A stretch of 64,000 nt of DNA from a virus. This document shows, in pieces, positions 14,301 through 21,572 of the stretch (position 1 is the stretch's first letter; each line of letters begins with the position of its first letter). The position numbers and the translations under genes are program-made. Location of the stretch: the IMG/VR virus record IMGVR_UViG_3300023179_000082, positions 1 to 64,000 of that record; one strand, written 5' to 3'. The notes below the pieces were generated by a model. It was not told where the DNA came from. It did not search any database and was given only the letters and a program-made list of their open reading frames with translations.

Positions 14301-17300
14301 GCATTATATGCAACTGCACCTGTCTGTCCTGTACCTGCTGTGCTTGTTAATGTAGTTAATTGATAAACAGGAATACTTTCATACACTGCCCATTGTGCAT
14401 CGGGTTGTGGTCCATCCTCATCTGCCCAAAGTTTTTTACGAGCAAATTCATTATTTGGTATGGGGAAGTTGCTAGCATTGCTTGGTTGTGTTACACGATG
14501 ATTTTGAAACTTGAATGATATACCTATACCTTCAATAGTACGTATATTATTTGGTAATAGTTTATTGATTAATACTGAGTTTAATGATACTTTTGTGTTT
14601 ACAGTGTAATATCCATCAATGTTACTATCAAAACCAACAACACTGAAACGTTGATTTTTTGTCAATCCATGTGGGCGATCATAGGTTAATGTACAGGTAC
14701 CATTTAAATTATTTTGCATGAGTACAACAACTGCGCCAACCGAGATTGGTGTACTTACGTTCCATGTGCTTAGATAATCTGCCAACCATATGTAATCACC
14801 ATAGTACATATTTTGCACTGTATTGGAATCATCATTCAATCCAAAATAGTTGTATGATGTAGTTTTTACATCATCATAATTAACATAACCTGCAGTTGGA
14901 ATACCTGCTTGTACTGTGTAATTATCAACCATAGGTGGCAAGAAATCTGCTGTATATGGTTTTCTATCCCAATTAATTAATTCATCGATATTGGTTGTTT
15001 GTTGTGCACCATTAACTGAAGTAATATTAGCATCAGTAAATCCAATAATTGTTGGATTACTGTTTAAGTCTGCTTCAATAAGTAAGGTTTCAACAAAATT
15101 GCTACTATTTACTGCACCAAATTCGCCACTTTGTATACCCCAATTTTCGTAAATATCATAATCAATTTGCCCTTGTGCAAATTCTGCTCGCTTAAATGCA
15201 CTAGCAATTATGTTTGTACCTTTTTCTTTGATAAAGTTTTTATAGATATTAACTTGGCTAATGGTGCTTAAATCTGCTGCTGCCATATAATTTCTTGGTC
15301 TAAAACCAATCAAACTAAATGATAATAAATCAGTATCAGGATTAAGTGCGGCTACATTAGTATTGTAGAAGTTTAGTGCTTCAGCAGCTTCAGTACTAGG
15401 ATTAGCTAATAATCCTTCTTGTACATCTTGATAATCACTTGCTATCCATTGTTCTTGATTAAAATTAGCGTTAGGTTCAATAATGGTTGCAGCAACCCAA
15501 TACTTGTCCTTATACTTGACAATTTGACCTTTTGTATACTTTATGTTTGATTGCCATTCAACAATGTTGTTTTGATTTAATAAGAAACCTTGTGCATCAA
15601 CATATCCATCCCACTCAGCAGTAACATAACCCTTCATCAATATACGTTCTTGGCGTAAACCAATAGATACATTATAGATAACATCATTAAACAATGTTAC
15701 ATTATCAAATACAATGGCATGTTCAATATTAGACATATTAAAAATAGAATATGCTAATGTATCGCCAACATTTTTTACTTGTAGCTCAAACAATGTACCA
15801 TCACGATTGACCAACATATTTGTTGGTTTGATAGGCACCATGTTTTGATCGAGTACAAAATTACTTTGTTGTAATGTTAATGGCTGAACAATAAAGTTCT
15901 CTCTATTAACAGTAAGTTTTTGACTGTTTGGGTTAAGGTTAATTAATGAACCTACTGACCATTTTTGTGATTGCCAATATAAGAACTCAGCAACCATTTG
16001 TGACCAATTATATTCAATGCCATCATAGTTATTGATAAACTGCATACCTTGGTTTTTAAGGTGTGCACCATAACGTACTAAAAATTCAGCTACACCTTCT
16101 AAACTGTAAAATTCGGTACCATATGGCACAAGATAGGTTTCAGTTTTGTTAAATTCTGCGCTTACAGTGACACGGTATTTGTCATAGGAAATGATTTCTT
16201 TATAATTGTTGTTAATAGGTAAAGCACAACGGAAGAAACTTTGTGTTAAACTATTACCCCATACAGTATAACCATTTGCAGTTTTTTGTACAATTACTGT
16301 TGACCATGTGATTTTATCAGATGGTACATTATCATACAGTAATATGTTATAGCTTTCTGCAGGTATTAACAAACCTGTGTTAGTACTATTTGTGCTTGCT
16401 TTTTCAACAAGAAAACTTAAAAACTTCTTAGCTGTAAATCCACCAACACGATATACCAAACGCACATCTAAATTTTGTATAGCAGTTTGTACATCAGTAG
16501 TCGATGATGTACCACGTTGGTTAAGATAATCAACTACCCAATTAATATAACTGTGTTTAGGTGTACCATCACCATATACTACAATGTCATTTGGGTTGAT
16601 GTGGTAACGATCATTGTACAACCATTGTGCTATTTCAGTGTTAAAACGATATAAATCACGATCAACCATCAAACCAAAGAATTTTGCAGGTTTTGTTAAT
16701 ACAAACAATCTCATTAAGTCAAATGGGTATGTACTGCTTTTCTCATAACTCGCTTCTGTTGGCGAATCATCCCCAGGTAACCAATCCCTCCTAAAATCTA
16801 TTGAATTATAAAAACCAATCACTACACTTAAAGGTGGTACTAAATTACCTGAACTATCAACAGGAATTATGTTTAACAATTGTGGACGTTGATATTTGGT
16901 TAATGTATAACTATTTCCATTATTCCATACAAAACCATTGGCTAAATCTGTCCATAACACAGTGTTATCACTAGTATATGGTGCATCGCCATAGTAACTA
17001 ATCCACCATGAAGGACGTGCTGCAAAACCAAGCATTTGCCATGGAGTAATATGTGGTGTATCCGTATCATATAACCACTTGTACAAACCACGCCAATATC
17101 CTTGTTTAACTAGGCTATTATCTATTTCAATAGTGCTACCACGATAGTTGTAAGTAAATGCATTGTCAGCACGATAAAAATTAGTGCGATAATTTAAACG
17201 ATTCTTCCCAATCCAATTTAAAAATGATGGGGTTGTAACTTGTAATACTTCTTCATCGCTATATGCAGTGGTGCGGAACTGTCCTGGAACAATATCCGCT

Positions 17301-20300
17301 GTTACAATAGGAATATCTTGTGTAACTTTAATATTATTCCATACACGATTTTCAAACTCAAATAAGGCAATATCACGTGGGTCAGTTAAACGACCATTGA
17401 CATAAGTGCCATATAGTTTTGTGTAACTGCCATCATGCCCTATAATGAAGTATGTTGGTGTAGTATAACTATTGTCTAATAATACTTGTGGAACAAATGC
17501 AGGATACATGCCTAACTTTGATGGTGTATTAGGACAGAAAGTACCCCATGTTTGGTTATACTCTTTAATTGTTACAACATCACCTGCTAAGAAATCAAAA
17601 GTTATGGTTACACTTGGAGAGGTAGTGCTTGTTACCCAATTAACATTACGCAATAATTGTATTTCACGAGCATATCCATCAATTTGTCGTGTAACATAAA
17701 TGCCTAAACCATCATAATTAGCACTAGTAAAATTATAAATTTGACTTAAAGTATAGCTTGCAGTGCTTGCTGAATTTCTAAATGAGTAATTATTGGTGAT
17801 ATAAGCATCACCACTATAAAACATATCACTCCAAAAGAATGGCACAGTCTCTGCTTTAGCTTGCACCAAACGTTGAACAATTGTATCTAAAATATAAGAT
17901 GGTGTATCATAAGGTGAAAAGTCTAACTGATAAGCAGTGTCAACAATTAATTGTTTATAATTTGTATATTCATTGCTATTAAAGGTTAATGCATCTAACA
18001 CATTATACCCAGGCTTCCTTAAAAACAACCCTGTTAATAATAAGGGAGCACTGTTTTGTACAATTTTATTACCATATTCACTTAAATTAGGTAAATCACG
18101 ACTGTTATTATTTCCTACGAAATTACCTGTTACTAATCCACTATTTTCGCATATACTAATCCAATGATTACGTATGCCACCTAAGTCTAATGTAGTTGGG
18201 TTAACATTGAATGGATTGTTTTCTAAGTTAGTAGGTACAGTAAAATAAGCATTTGAACTAATTTCAGGACTTAATAATTCTACAACAATAGGTAAATCAT
18301 ATTCAACATTAGGTACAGTAATGATAGTTTCTGTACTAGTCACTGTATAACTAAATTGATTAGATTTTAAATAACGATTATTTAAATATACTTTAACAGG
18401 GTTCCATCCTGTATCAGGTTGTGCAGGAATTTCACATATTACAGTGGTAACATTGTTGGCTGTGTTAAAAGCACTACTAGTAAATGAAAATACTTGATAT
18501 TGTACGCTTTGTTCTACAGAATTAACCCAACCAATACGTTTAGTAGGAATGGTAGGAATAATATATTGATTTACATAACCTGTATTAATTAATTCACTTA
18601 CTGTGGTAGTGCCACTAGTATAACTAAATGTATCAGTATTAAAGTTTACAGTAAAGTTAATGTCACTAGTATTTTCAATACTTGTATATTGTATAGGAAA
18701 ACCTAACACAGGGTCATCAGGACCGTCAGGGTTAGGTGTATATGAAAATAATTTACTACCTGCAAAAGTAGAAGCAGGATATGAAGATGTATTAGATAAA
18801 CTTACACCATTTTCATTTAACACATCAAACAATGGTGCTTGATTAGTGCCTGTTTTTAATTGTGATTGTTGCCAACCACCTGTACCACTAAACAATTCTA
18901 AATCATAGTAAAACGTACGTCCAACATGATTATAAGAATCATCACCACGTGTAATAATTGCTTGACTTAAATCTTCTACAGCAACATCTGTATCTTGTAC
19001 AAAACTTGCAACTGTTGTACCTGATGTATCAATTTGTACAAAAGTAGCGTAGTAAATTTTATTACGTACACTAGAGTCAGTATCATTACTAACAATTATT
19101 CTTGCACCATCAAATACTGTTTGTCCATCAATAACATAATTACCAAAACTTGCATATGCAGTACCCACGCTAGGTGGTGTATATCCTTGCGTGTCTAATG
19201 GTTCAGGTGAACTTATATCTGCTACTGAAGATAATTTAAACGTTGTTATACTTGGCGTAGATGTATCAATATCATAGATATAATATAGTTGATTATCTAA
19301 ATCAAGCCATTCGCTAGGCCATGTATTAGGAATTTGTAAAACAACTGATTGACCCTCTACTAGCGTAACATTAAGAGCAGGATTTTCTATACCCACTAAT
19401 TCTGAATTGTTAACTGTTACAACTGCTGCACTTGCAGAAGAAAAGTTTGCAATAGTTGGTAAGGTAGGAATAATACCTTCTACGGTAGTAAACAAATCTA
19501 CGGTAGCAGTATCAATATAGTCAACATCACCTAATGAGTTAATACCACTAGTAAATAATTTTAAATTAGGTACAAACTCAATAATTGGGCGTTTTGCTCT
19601 TGCTGAAGTTGATTCTAAATCTTGTAAAGCACGTGCGCTTTTTGTATAATCATAGGTTGCTTGTAACACTTCATAATGAAACCAACGATTACTACGTGAC
19701 CACGCATTGCGATCACGTGATAAACGACTAATAGTGATATAATCTTGACTAATAGGTTGATTTAAAATTACATCATATCCTGTTGTATCATATGGTTCCA
19801 TATCATATGGTACAAATATTGGATCAGTATACAATTCAGGTGTACTTAAGTCTGTAGTAGGTATTAACTCAATTGCAGTGCCAACACCTTCAACATAATA
19901 TTCACCTTCTTCATAAGCAACAGGTATAACATTACCTTCAAACCTAACTTTTAAACCATTCGTGAAAACCACACCATTAGGACTAGTATAAGTTGATTTA
20001 CCAACAATATCAGTGATAAAGATAGATGCATCTGCATTGCTATCAATAAGTTCTATAATACCTACACTATTCGGATCATTAGCATTTTGATAATATAATC
20101 GATTTAATTGTGCGCTAAGATAAGGAATTAACTCAATTTGTCCTGCTAAATTTCTAAAGAATGAACGTGCTTGATATACTGTACCTAAGTTTACTGTAAT
20201 TTTTTCCAATGTTGGAATATTACTTTCTTCAACTAAGCGTATAATGATTGTTTGGTCAAAACCAATCTCTACAGGCGTAGTTACGCTTTGTGCAGGATCA

Positions 20301-21514
20301 GGATAACTTTCATCATAACGTGGGTATGGTGCAGCATTATAACCTACTGTAACCGCAGGTGGAACAGGATAACGCTCATTTTCAAAGGTTAAAGTTGTAG
20401 ATGTTGTTACGGTAACATTGTTACTTAAATATACGTTAGAATTAACTACATTTTCTACTACTGTGTTTGATGGTATACCGCTACCTGTCACAACCATACC
20501 TGGGTAGATATTTGCAATATCATCCACGCCAATGATAGACACACTTGTATAAGTTCCATCAGGAGTGGTTGTTGCTGTTAGTACATTATTTGTATCATAT
20601 ACAATACGATAATATTTTACTTGATTGGCAATGCTGTCAGGACCGTAAAACAGTATACTTTTACCATTTAAATCAGTAACTCCATCAATATTATAACCAA
20701 TCTCAGCTAATGTTTTACCATTTAAATCATCATAAGTGCCTGTATAGATGATGTCAACCGCATGGTTACCAGGCAAATCATACTGCGATTGTGCTATTTT
20801 AGATGGTACCGTAAATGTTACAACACCTGTAGATGCGCCATTGTTCGTAACACCAAGTATATCTCTTGTACTGATATTAGGATAATTAGGCAGTGTTCCT
20901 GTTACGCCTGGCACGCCTTGTATCCAAAATGGATCACTACCACTTGTAACAAAACGATAAGTGCCACCACGTAGCAATGTAATAATTGGGTTTTTCTGTT
21001 CAAAACTTGAAATTCTATAACCATCACTAGAATCAAGTACGTTATATGTTCTACGATTGTATACAGTATCAGTTGATACTAGCACAGAATCAGGACCAAG
21101 CGGTAACCAATAGTATTGCTGATAGTTCAACAACATGTCATAGTTAATGTATGATTCCCAACTATAACTATCTTGTGTGAATAAATCTTGTGGGTTTAGG
21201 GTTAAATTGTTTGGTTGCTTAAGGGCATCGACAATACCTGGGTAGGAGATAAAGTCCTGTGGCTTTTGTGTATCAGGCTTTAAAAAGATAACCGCAGGTT
21301 CAAGCTGATAGTCAGTCCTGATTTTGTCAGGTTCGACAACATATTTGTCATTGCGATTAATGCCATAGCCAAATTTTTCGCCAATATAGCCTTGAACAGC
21401 AGTTACATTCTTTTGCTGAGTCAATTGCTCTAGCGTAGCAGACAAAAATTGTCTGTTAGTTTCAGTCCTGAATATTTCAGGCAAAAAGTCGATTGTGCGT
21501 ACCTTGGTTACCAT
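2351..21514 (-). CDS. Giant (6387 aa) baseplate wedge / adhesion protein (gp7-position, multi-domain)
   Basis: Uninterrupted 19.2-kb ORF directly after the gp6-like gene. Contains FG-GAP-like propeller blades (FGYSVA...LFVSAP, YGHSVS...FIVGAP), GxGY-P Ig-like repeats, VAVG/VVVG propeller blades, FCCH-like beta domains and a LNEVKPYH motif. Confidence 0.7.
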   Translation of the reverse strand: MVTKVRTIDFLPEIFRTETNRQFLSATLEQLTQQKNVTAVQGYIGEKFGYGINRNDKYVVEPDKIRTDYQLEPAVIFLKPDTQKPQDFISYPGIVDALKQPNNLTLNPQDLFTQDSYSWESYINYDMLLNYQQYYWLPLGPDSVLVSTDTVYNRRTYNVLDSSDGYRISSFEQKNPIITLLRGGTYRFVTSGSDPFWIQGVPGVTGTLPNYPNISTRDILGVTNNGASTGVVTFTVPSKIAQSQYDLPGNHAVDIIYTGTYDDLNGKTLAEIGYNIDGVTDLNGKSILFYGPDSIANQVKYYRIVYDTNNVLTATTTPDGTYTSVSIIGVDDIANIYPGMVVTGSGIPSNTVVENVVNSNVYLSNNVTVTTSTTLTFENERYPVPPAVTVGYNAAPYPRYDESYPDPAQSVTTPVEIGFDQTIIIRLVEESNIPTLEKITVNLGTVYQARSFFRNLAGQIELIPYLSAQLNRLYYQNANDPNSVGIIELIDSNADASIFITDIVGKSTYTSPNGVVFTNGLKVRFEGNVIPVAYEEGEYYVEGVGTAIELIPTTDLSTPELYTDPIFVPYDMEPYDTTGYDVILNQPISQDYITISRLSRDRNAWSRSNRWFHYEVLQATYDYTKSARALQDLESTSARAKRPIIEFVPNLKLFTSGINSLGDVDYIDTATVDLFTTVEGIIPTLPTIANFSSASAAVVTVNNSELVGIENPALNVTLVEGQSVVLQIPNTWPSEWLDLDNQLYYIYDIDTSTPSITTFKLSSVADISSPEPLDTQGYTPPSVGTAYASFGNYVIDGQTVFDGARIIVSNDTDSSVRNKIYYATFVQIDTSGTTVASFVQDTDVAVEDLSQAIITRGDDSYNHVGRTFYYDLELFSGTGGWQQSQLKTGTNQAPLFDVLNENGVSLSNTSSYPASTFAGSKLFSYTPNPDGPDDPVLGFPIQYTSIENTSDINFTVNFNTDTFSYTSGTTTVSELINTGYVNQYIIPTIPTKRIGWVNSVEQSVQYQVFSFTSSAFNTANNVTTVICEIPAQPDTGWNPVKVYLNNRYLKSNQFSYTVTSTETIITVPNVEYDLPIVVELLSPEISSNAYFTVPTNLENNPFNVNPTTLDLGGIRNHWISICENSGLVTGNFVGNNNSRDLPNLSEYGNKIVQNSAPLLLTGLFLRKPGYNVLDALTFNSNEYTNYKQLIVDTAYQLDFSPYDTPSYILDTIVQRLVQAKAETVPFFWSDMFYSGDAYITNNYSFRNSASTASYTLSQIYNFTSANYDGLGIYVTRQIDGYAREIQLLRNVNWVTSTTSPSVTITFDFLAGDVVTIKEYNQTWGTFCPNTPSKLGMYPAFVPQVLLDNSYTTPTYFIIGHDGSYTKLYGTYVNGRLTDPRDIALFEFENRVWNNIKVTQDIPIVTADIVPGQFRTTAYSDEEVLQVTTPSFLNWIGKNRLNYRTNFYRADNAFTYNYRGSTIEIDNSLVKQGYWRGLYKWLYDTDTPHITPWQMLGFAARPSWWISYYGDAPYTSDNTVLWTDLANGFVWNNGNSYTLTKYQRPQLLNIIPVDSSGNLVPPLSVVIGFYNSIDFRRDWLPGDDSPTEASYEKSSTYPFDLMRLFVLTKPAKFFGLMVDRDLYRFNTEIAQWLYNDRYHINPNDIVVYGDGTPKHSYINWVVDYLNQRGTSSTTDVQTAIQNLDVRLVYRVGGFTAKKFLSFLVEKASTNSTNTGLLIPAESYNILLYDNVPSDKITWSTVIVQKTANGYTVWGNSLTQSFFRCALPINNNYKEIISYDKYRVTVSAEFNKTETYLVPYGTEFYSLEGVAEFLVRYGAHLKNQGMQFINNYDGIEYNWSQMVAEFLYWQSQKWSVGSLINLNPNSQKLTVNRENFIVQPLTLQQSNFVLDQNMVPIKPTNMLVNRDGTLFELQVKNVGDTLAYSIFNMSNIEHAIVFDNVTLFNDVIYNVSIGLRQERILMKGYVTAEWDGYVDAQGFLLNQNNIVEWQSNIKYTKGQIVKYKDKYWVAATIIEPNANFNQEQWIASDYQDVQEGLLANPSTEAAEALNFYNTNVAALNPDTDLLSFSLIGFRPRNYMAAADLSTISQVNIYKNFIKEKGTNIIASAFKRAEFAQGQIDYDIYENWGIQSGEFGAVNSSNFVETLLIEADLNSNPTIIGFTDANITSVNGAQQTTNIDELINWDRKPYTADFLPPMVDNYTVQAGIPTAGYVNYDDVKTTSYNYFGLNDDSNTVQNMYYGDYIWLADYLSTWNVSTPISVGAVVVLMQNNLNGTCTLTYDRPHGLTKNQRFSVVGFDSNIDGYYTVNTKVSLNSVLINKLLPNNIRTIEGIGISFKFQNHRVTQPSNASNFPIPNNEFARKKLWADEDGPQPDAQWAVYESIPVYQLTTLTSTAGTGQTGAVAYNATIGTVIAYSGYVRVFPLSGSPYNLASSASVTDIAVAGNYIFTVSGTNLRIYTAPSTAVTQTIVLSNAGSSIATSATGTVVYVGSSSTNNVYQYINTGASWVAGSTVTTPSASGSVGAVLGFGYSVACSNQGNKLFVSAPTSTISGITEAGVVYCFDYTGSAINLQQTIVNPAPHQGALYGHSVSTFQYGSDFIVGAPFNLQTVSGVNNVEGAVYRYTSSAQRYGTISGVVSASYPFSGTLYIDSDIITITAAANLAGIVSQINAGLTGAGRTAAATASGSTLTIAVDPLLVDTPLNILDISSNSVATLTALGLTPYTLTQTLFEPYKTDTAQFGYHVVMNESSSIAIGAPTATKHDRTTFDFSDNYLNDDTIFDWGATTFIDQWPLFGEVLVYDYLPAANENITNPGKYVFAEYTNDPTYNIGNYGLQPMYGSGGIAFRDSVITVTSPMWGTPDVGRVTQFTSSNQQTWNVIRAPLAAVNINKLEYISIYDTIDNTDLEYLDYIDPIQGKLFGALESNIDYITMKDPAGYGVNSPAWTKDMVGRIWFDPSNIRMVDTHQSVYGETSTPYSVYNAKHWGQPFVGSLPLVYRWTESTVDPLNYAGPGTPRNFDNYVTVTVQDNNTNSLVSLYYFWVENNPIIDTKIGKTLNTSTIASYILNPIGSGIAYLAPIGTNAVALYNTNTYIRANSSALHIGYSNNVNFDNKHVEFNLIKQNDPFDFLNGIPNIRRVGQQDPQGLYLKYINSFAGRDILAQPVPDTNLPLLVRYGTSNVYRQSMFRDRTLALENYITYVNNVLINYPVTESRVMTFLNESGTGWDTTDFWSYENYWVSGYSNATKAQVQVQSVPELAAVTAREGLVARVSVTSTSGNAVFYAYLNNEWVLIGIENGTIQFSSTLYTNTDLNEVSLPIRYVIRAINEQIFIGDLQIERNRSLVLMFNYIMSEAQQRKNYLPWLNKTSLIDVSHTIRELIPYEKFQRDNQEFLSGYLNEVKPYHVVIKDFSFRYVGTEIFEGDITDFDVPSRYVQSLANYESPILVYELTQAQDNEYLPSNPIWTTSEYVNWYNNYGLSIDQSEAENVSIAVLRRFVSLDATSIFVSNAYGMPAIGYIQIDDEIIGYNFVDYYRGRLAGLSRARFGTTIATHNPNTEVLLSFDPVTIIETGRAYANPPTIDAVIDLAQFPEPRTEAQLTPIMANDRVIGIQVDDSGSGYAQQPEILIQPAFEETFNANAFGVGTNRINLTAATNFISGDCVRYRVEEGSTPPLGLTDGAYYYVRVNIASNSLFLFNNKAAALARQGDVNYNDDPVMIYGNAVGNGHVFGETARAVAFTTSRPTRELRTTIRLDRTSYRSTITSWDGANTAYAGPYTDPVNISSSLFLASGENYGLFSNSNITIPTSLPSTISVTTTTSPTVFKSNQVIAMTATSVWEAATYGNGQPIVTYNTANSPFTTFAIVDNEGLNAGGGAEALRGAAISFDSNGNPDFNLLGTPTWYGNNNANTSNVYWKPISTITSASRPTVTTTVDHNLVNWQKVYIANLTVTPSSGNVINNASFYANRLSNTAFYLYSVNTSLTGLTAAANVTSGAIINVAGGNVANTFAIDDRIQFSSDANATSFIITNRWAANNNIQVTPSVSGATGNVNIGSLIWLTKPESTVGYSGGNAITAGNIIPYISTVTLTNSYTITNAISTNSTVYVSAAVSNPKYIIGTISNIVGANANTFDLEVSSFSANNGTYANWNINYYITAASEGAKIDFANAAIGNNTTTNGVRIQLDFANSFVSPGQAQGQSIEIFNVAETVVSANFTANTFLSANVPLDDVANIYLGQRAYGGNMASNSYVVAIYPDSNIANAPAGSVQFNNFQNLTLGANNQILFAKGWFNENSYYGNVVKVSGNFSNVDLYYDQMFNDPVPYANFITTYGSNISKMIAFINEPFNVTPSVISYGGNVYSAIGSPSGVTTIPPLDTANWQLISTSNVELNAIDRITVAYEPTANMVGVDVAQLVEGVQYPNSTIFGGMMDEVLDPTTYYDAYVLSPSFTAVDPTIYDVSGGSFSDGYAPPELVAGVVTDTIDINVNTRPGSTWDYDSTVATRVFRVNALNLIDEYNGNNVIYPPNGSGYRLPPDVTVDAPPTLPLIFGGVEVTATGQPVVNGYGGRLGTPTVGPIGAINEGRVLSIPVTSIGVGYKVPPTVIIDMPRYANNMVNTSGVQATARVTIRNGELTGVIITQPGSGYDPTVPPKVTLVDDEIVGITVTNGGEGYSNVLSVYPTANITAPDILNTTIGLNASNSYTITVANVANITAGMIVGLNYTTNLASNATVGDSNLSLASITGITIGSTVSSNVANFITSNSYVANMHAGNVIELSSPVLSNANTTANIIISPAAATLVTDVDTANLAVNVNIRGNWVNGTNITFSGAQAYCNVALGPVLVDHTGFNAINFQAVIDDVQFTKVLASNANANVATLVINSIDSVHIGQRISTTTANMLAANTYVTNVYKNNNAIGISANTLNAVVANTVFTFNAKEFSFDNIVQTPMDLILFNIDHDNPVFRNTGKSLVYANSNSNVISFNGNLTQAFLSNNIIVFSSNANTPTGNTTTYPQHTVSNISYNNISNVTTFNVSPNIASLSGAANLSTWVLETYDETRIVNTPTNALNSNIYYVDWYDKVVTLNQQWVSNISNVAIDAYVYEVGGGNELERTNTEFNAVRANSTGALTDINIDASFREVFSVVRDPILSPSSANAFNFVYQVYATPLVYRYTAANGEYRQLNYYPEQPTAYTTTTIATTTNGNTIQVLDARGILTSTTLLSATVNTTPSVTSVSFANIALNYTGTVTLDSNVTIPYGSFVSFVDYTAAANTDYYIVAQNPSTDPLGKVKIVLREAVDEHDYLSYVVLGNSGDFDPSTGKTNYGYSIPETQTNVLSTAGTTTATVTAIDAPNVVISLNSTSNVFSGMIVTGGAIPSGGTIVVSVLNSTDVQVASVTGISVTNTLTFSYPQAFSQVIPLVNFVGSPTTTGDTNIENAIVEINGVRLLDQLRQVYVSDGSLPYAAPVPIQLTSDINAITRGTVTIGSTAYTYYVAVGNNGIILVNIDDPTDPLDWVPQINVTGNNLQSVAVSGTKIIIVGDLGTWITLPSSGIVNAASTRSGWAIQSAFTAYSLNSIAYNSVSSTFVVVGDSQTIRTSANDGVTWTDYTVADVTISTAGYTTLPSTHKYNFRKVIWNNYVSGQRFIVVGDCNNLPNVRAPLSTDTAYIGATNYVQGVILLGNSAGTVWTVLPPSAERDDIGSLRSVAYDPLTGNAIIVGQNNASTNIGQPWANGYTINYAGLAISATWAITNINLSLTSTTPFTDIAYIPNYQTLGSPVFYIVGEFDAIAPFTSLIYSLSGSGITWTGSRVDSQVDGDVYALIVESNNDTITVGQHGDVYYVNTDTFSIPTVASQVYGFSPTFTTLGTLVVTINGILQTYPLDYDIIYDSNNTPYVEFVVAPAVGDIIEISYEDNTNISDPYDITFNPALNSAVLTLNIPVQASGDLLTVTTFNRTAQQSLNTLALIGTTVNAIDSIIVSGTVATVTTVNVHPYGAGEIVRINKTNDATYDGANDFGTAFEIISAPTTTTFTINVTGGSPDILGAGYVFAENQYFLNQPDFVILDKSRLWVTVNGYHVAEENYALTNNQVQIFREIYPTDEVGILSMTLGATPNAEYFTIHLSKTGDPTVMRMPPEHTTFTTELFPSDPPDGFLYVKDADRLFDTIIQMQTVTGSTLTVTDPYLVSNLISRVNMVATKVVSGITQASTGVVTTTTNHDLVDGDAVTINNVVGMVQINGLTYYAKVTGYSATTFGLYVDSDLTTPLNTTSYTAYTSGGTYDLEKIATYSPDGYNQIIIESYYSVGTSVEITVWVGNTVVINGEYIRFTEFSLEHDNNSISGLTRGVNGSIVNPSIPVGSLVRPILPKNILPAGYYGYSWNDSRNNPLQISETPAAEFLRSAGN

Positions 21515-21572
21515 ATTTAAAATATACTAATAATAATATTATTTAGTCGCCGTAATTATCAGCATATTTAGA

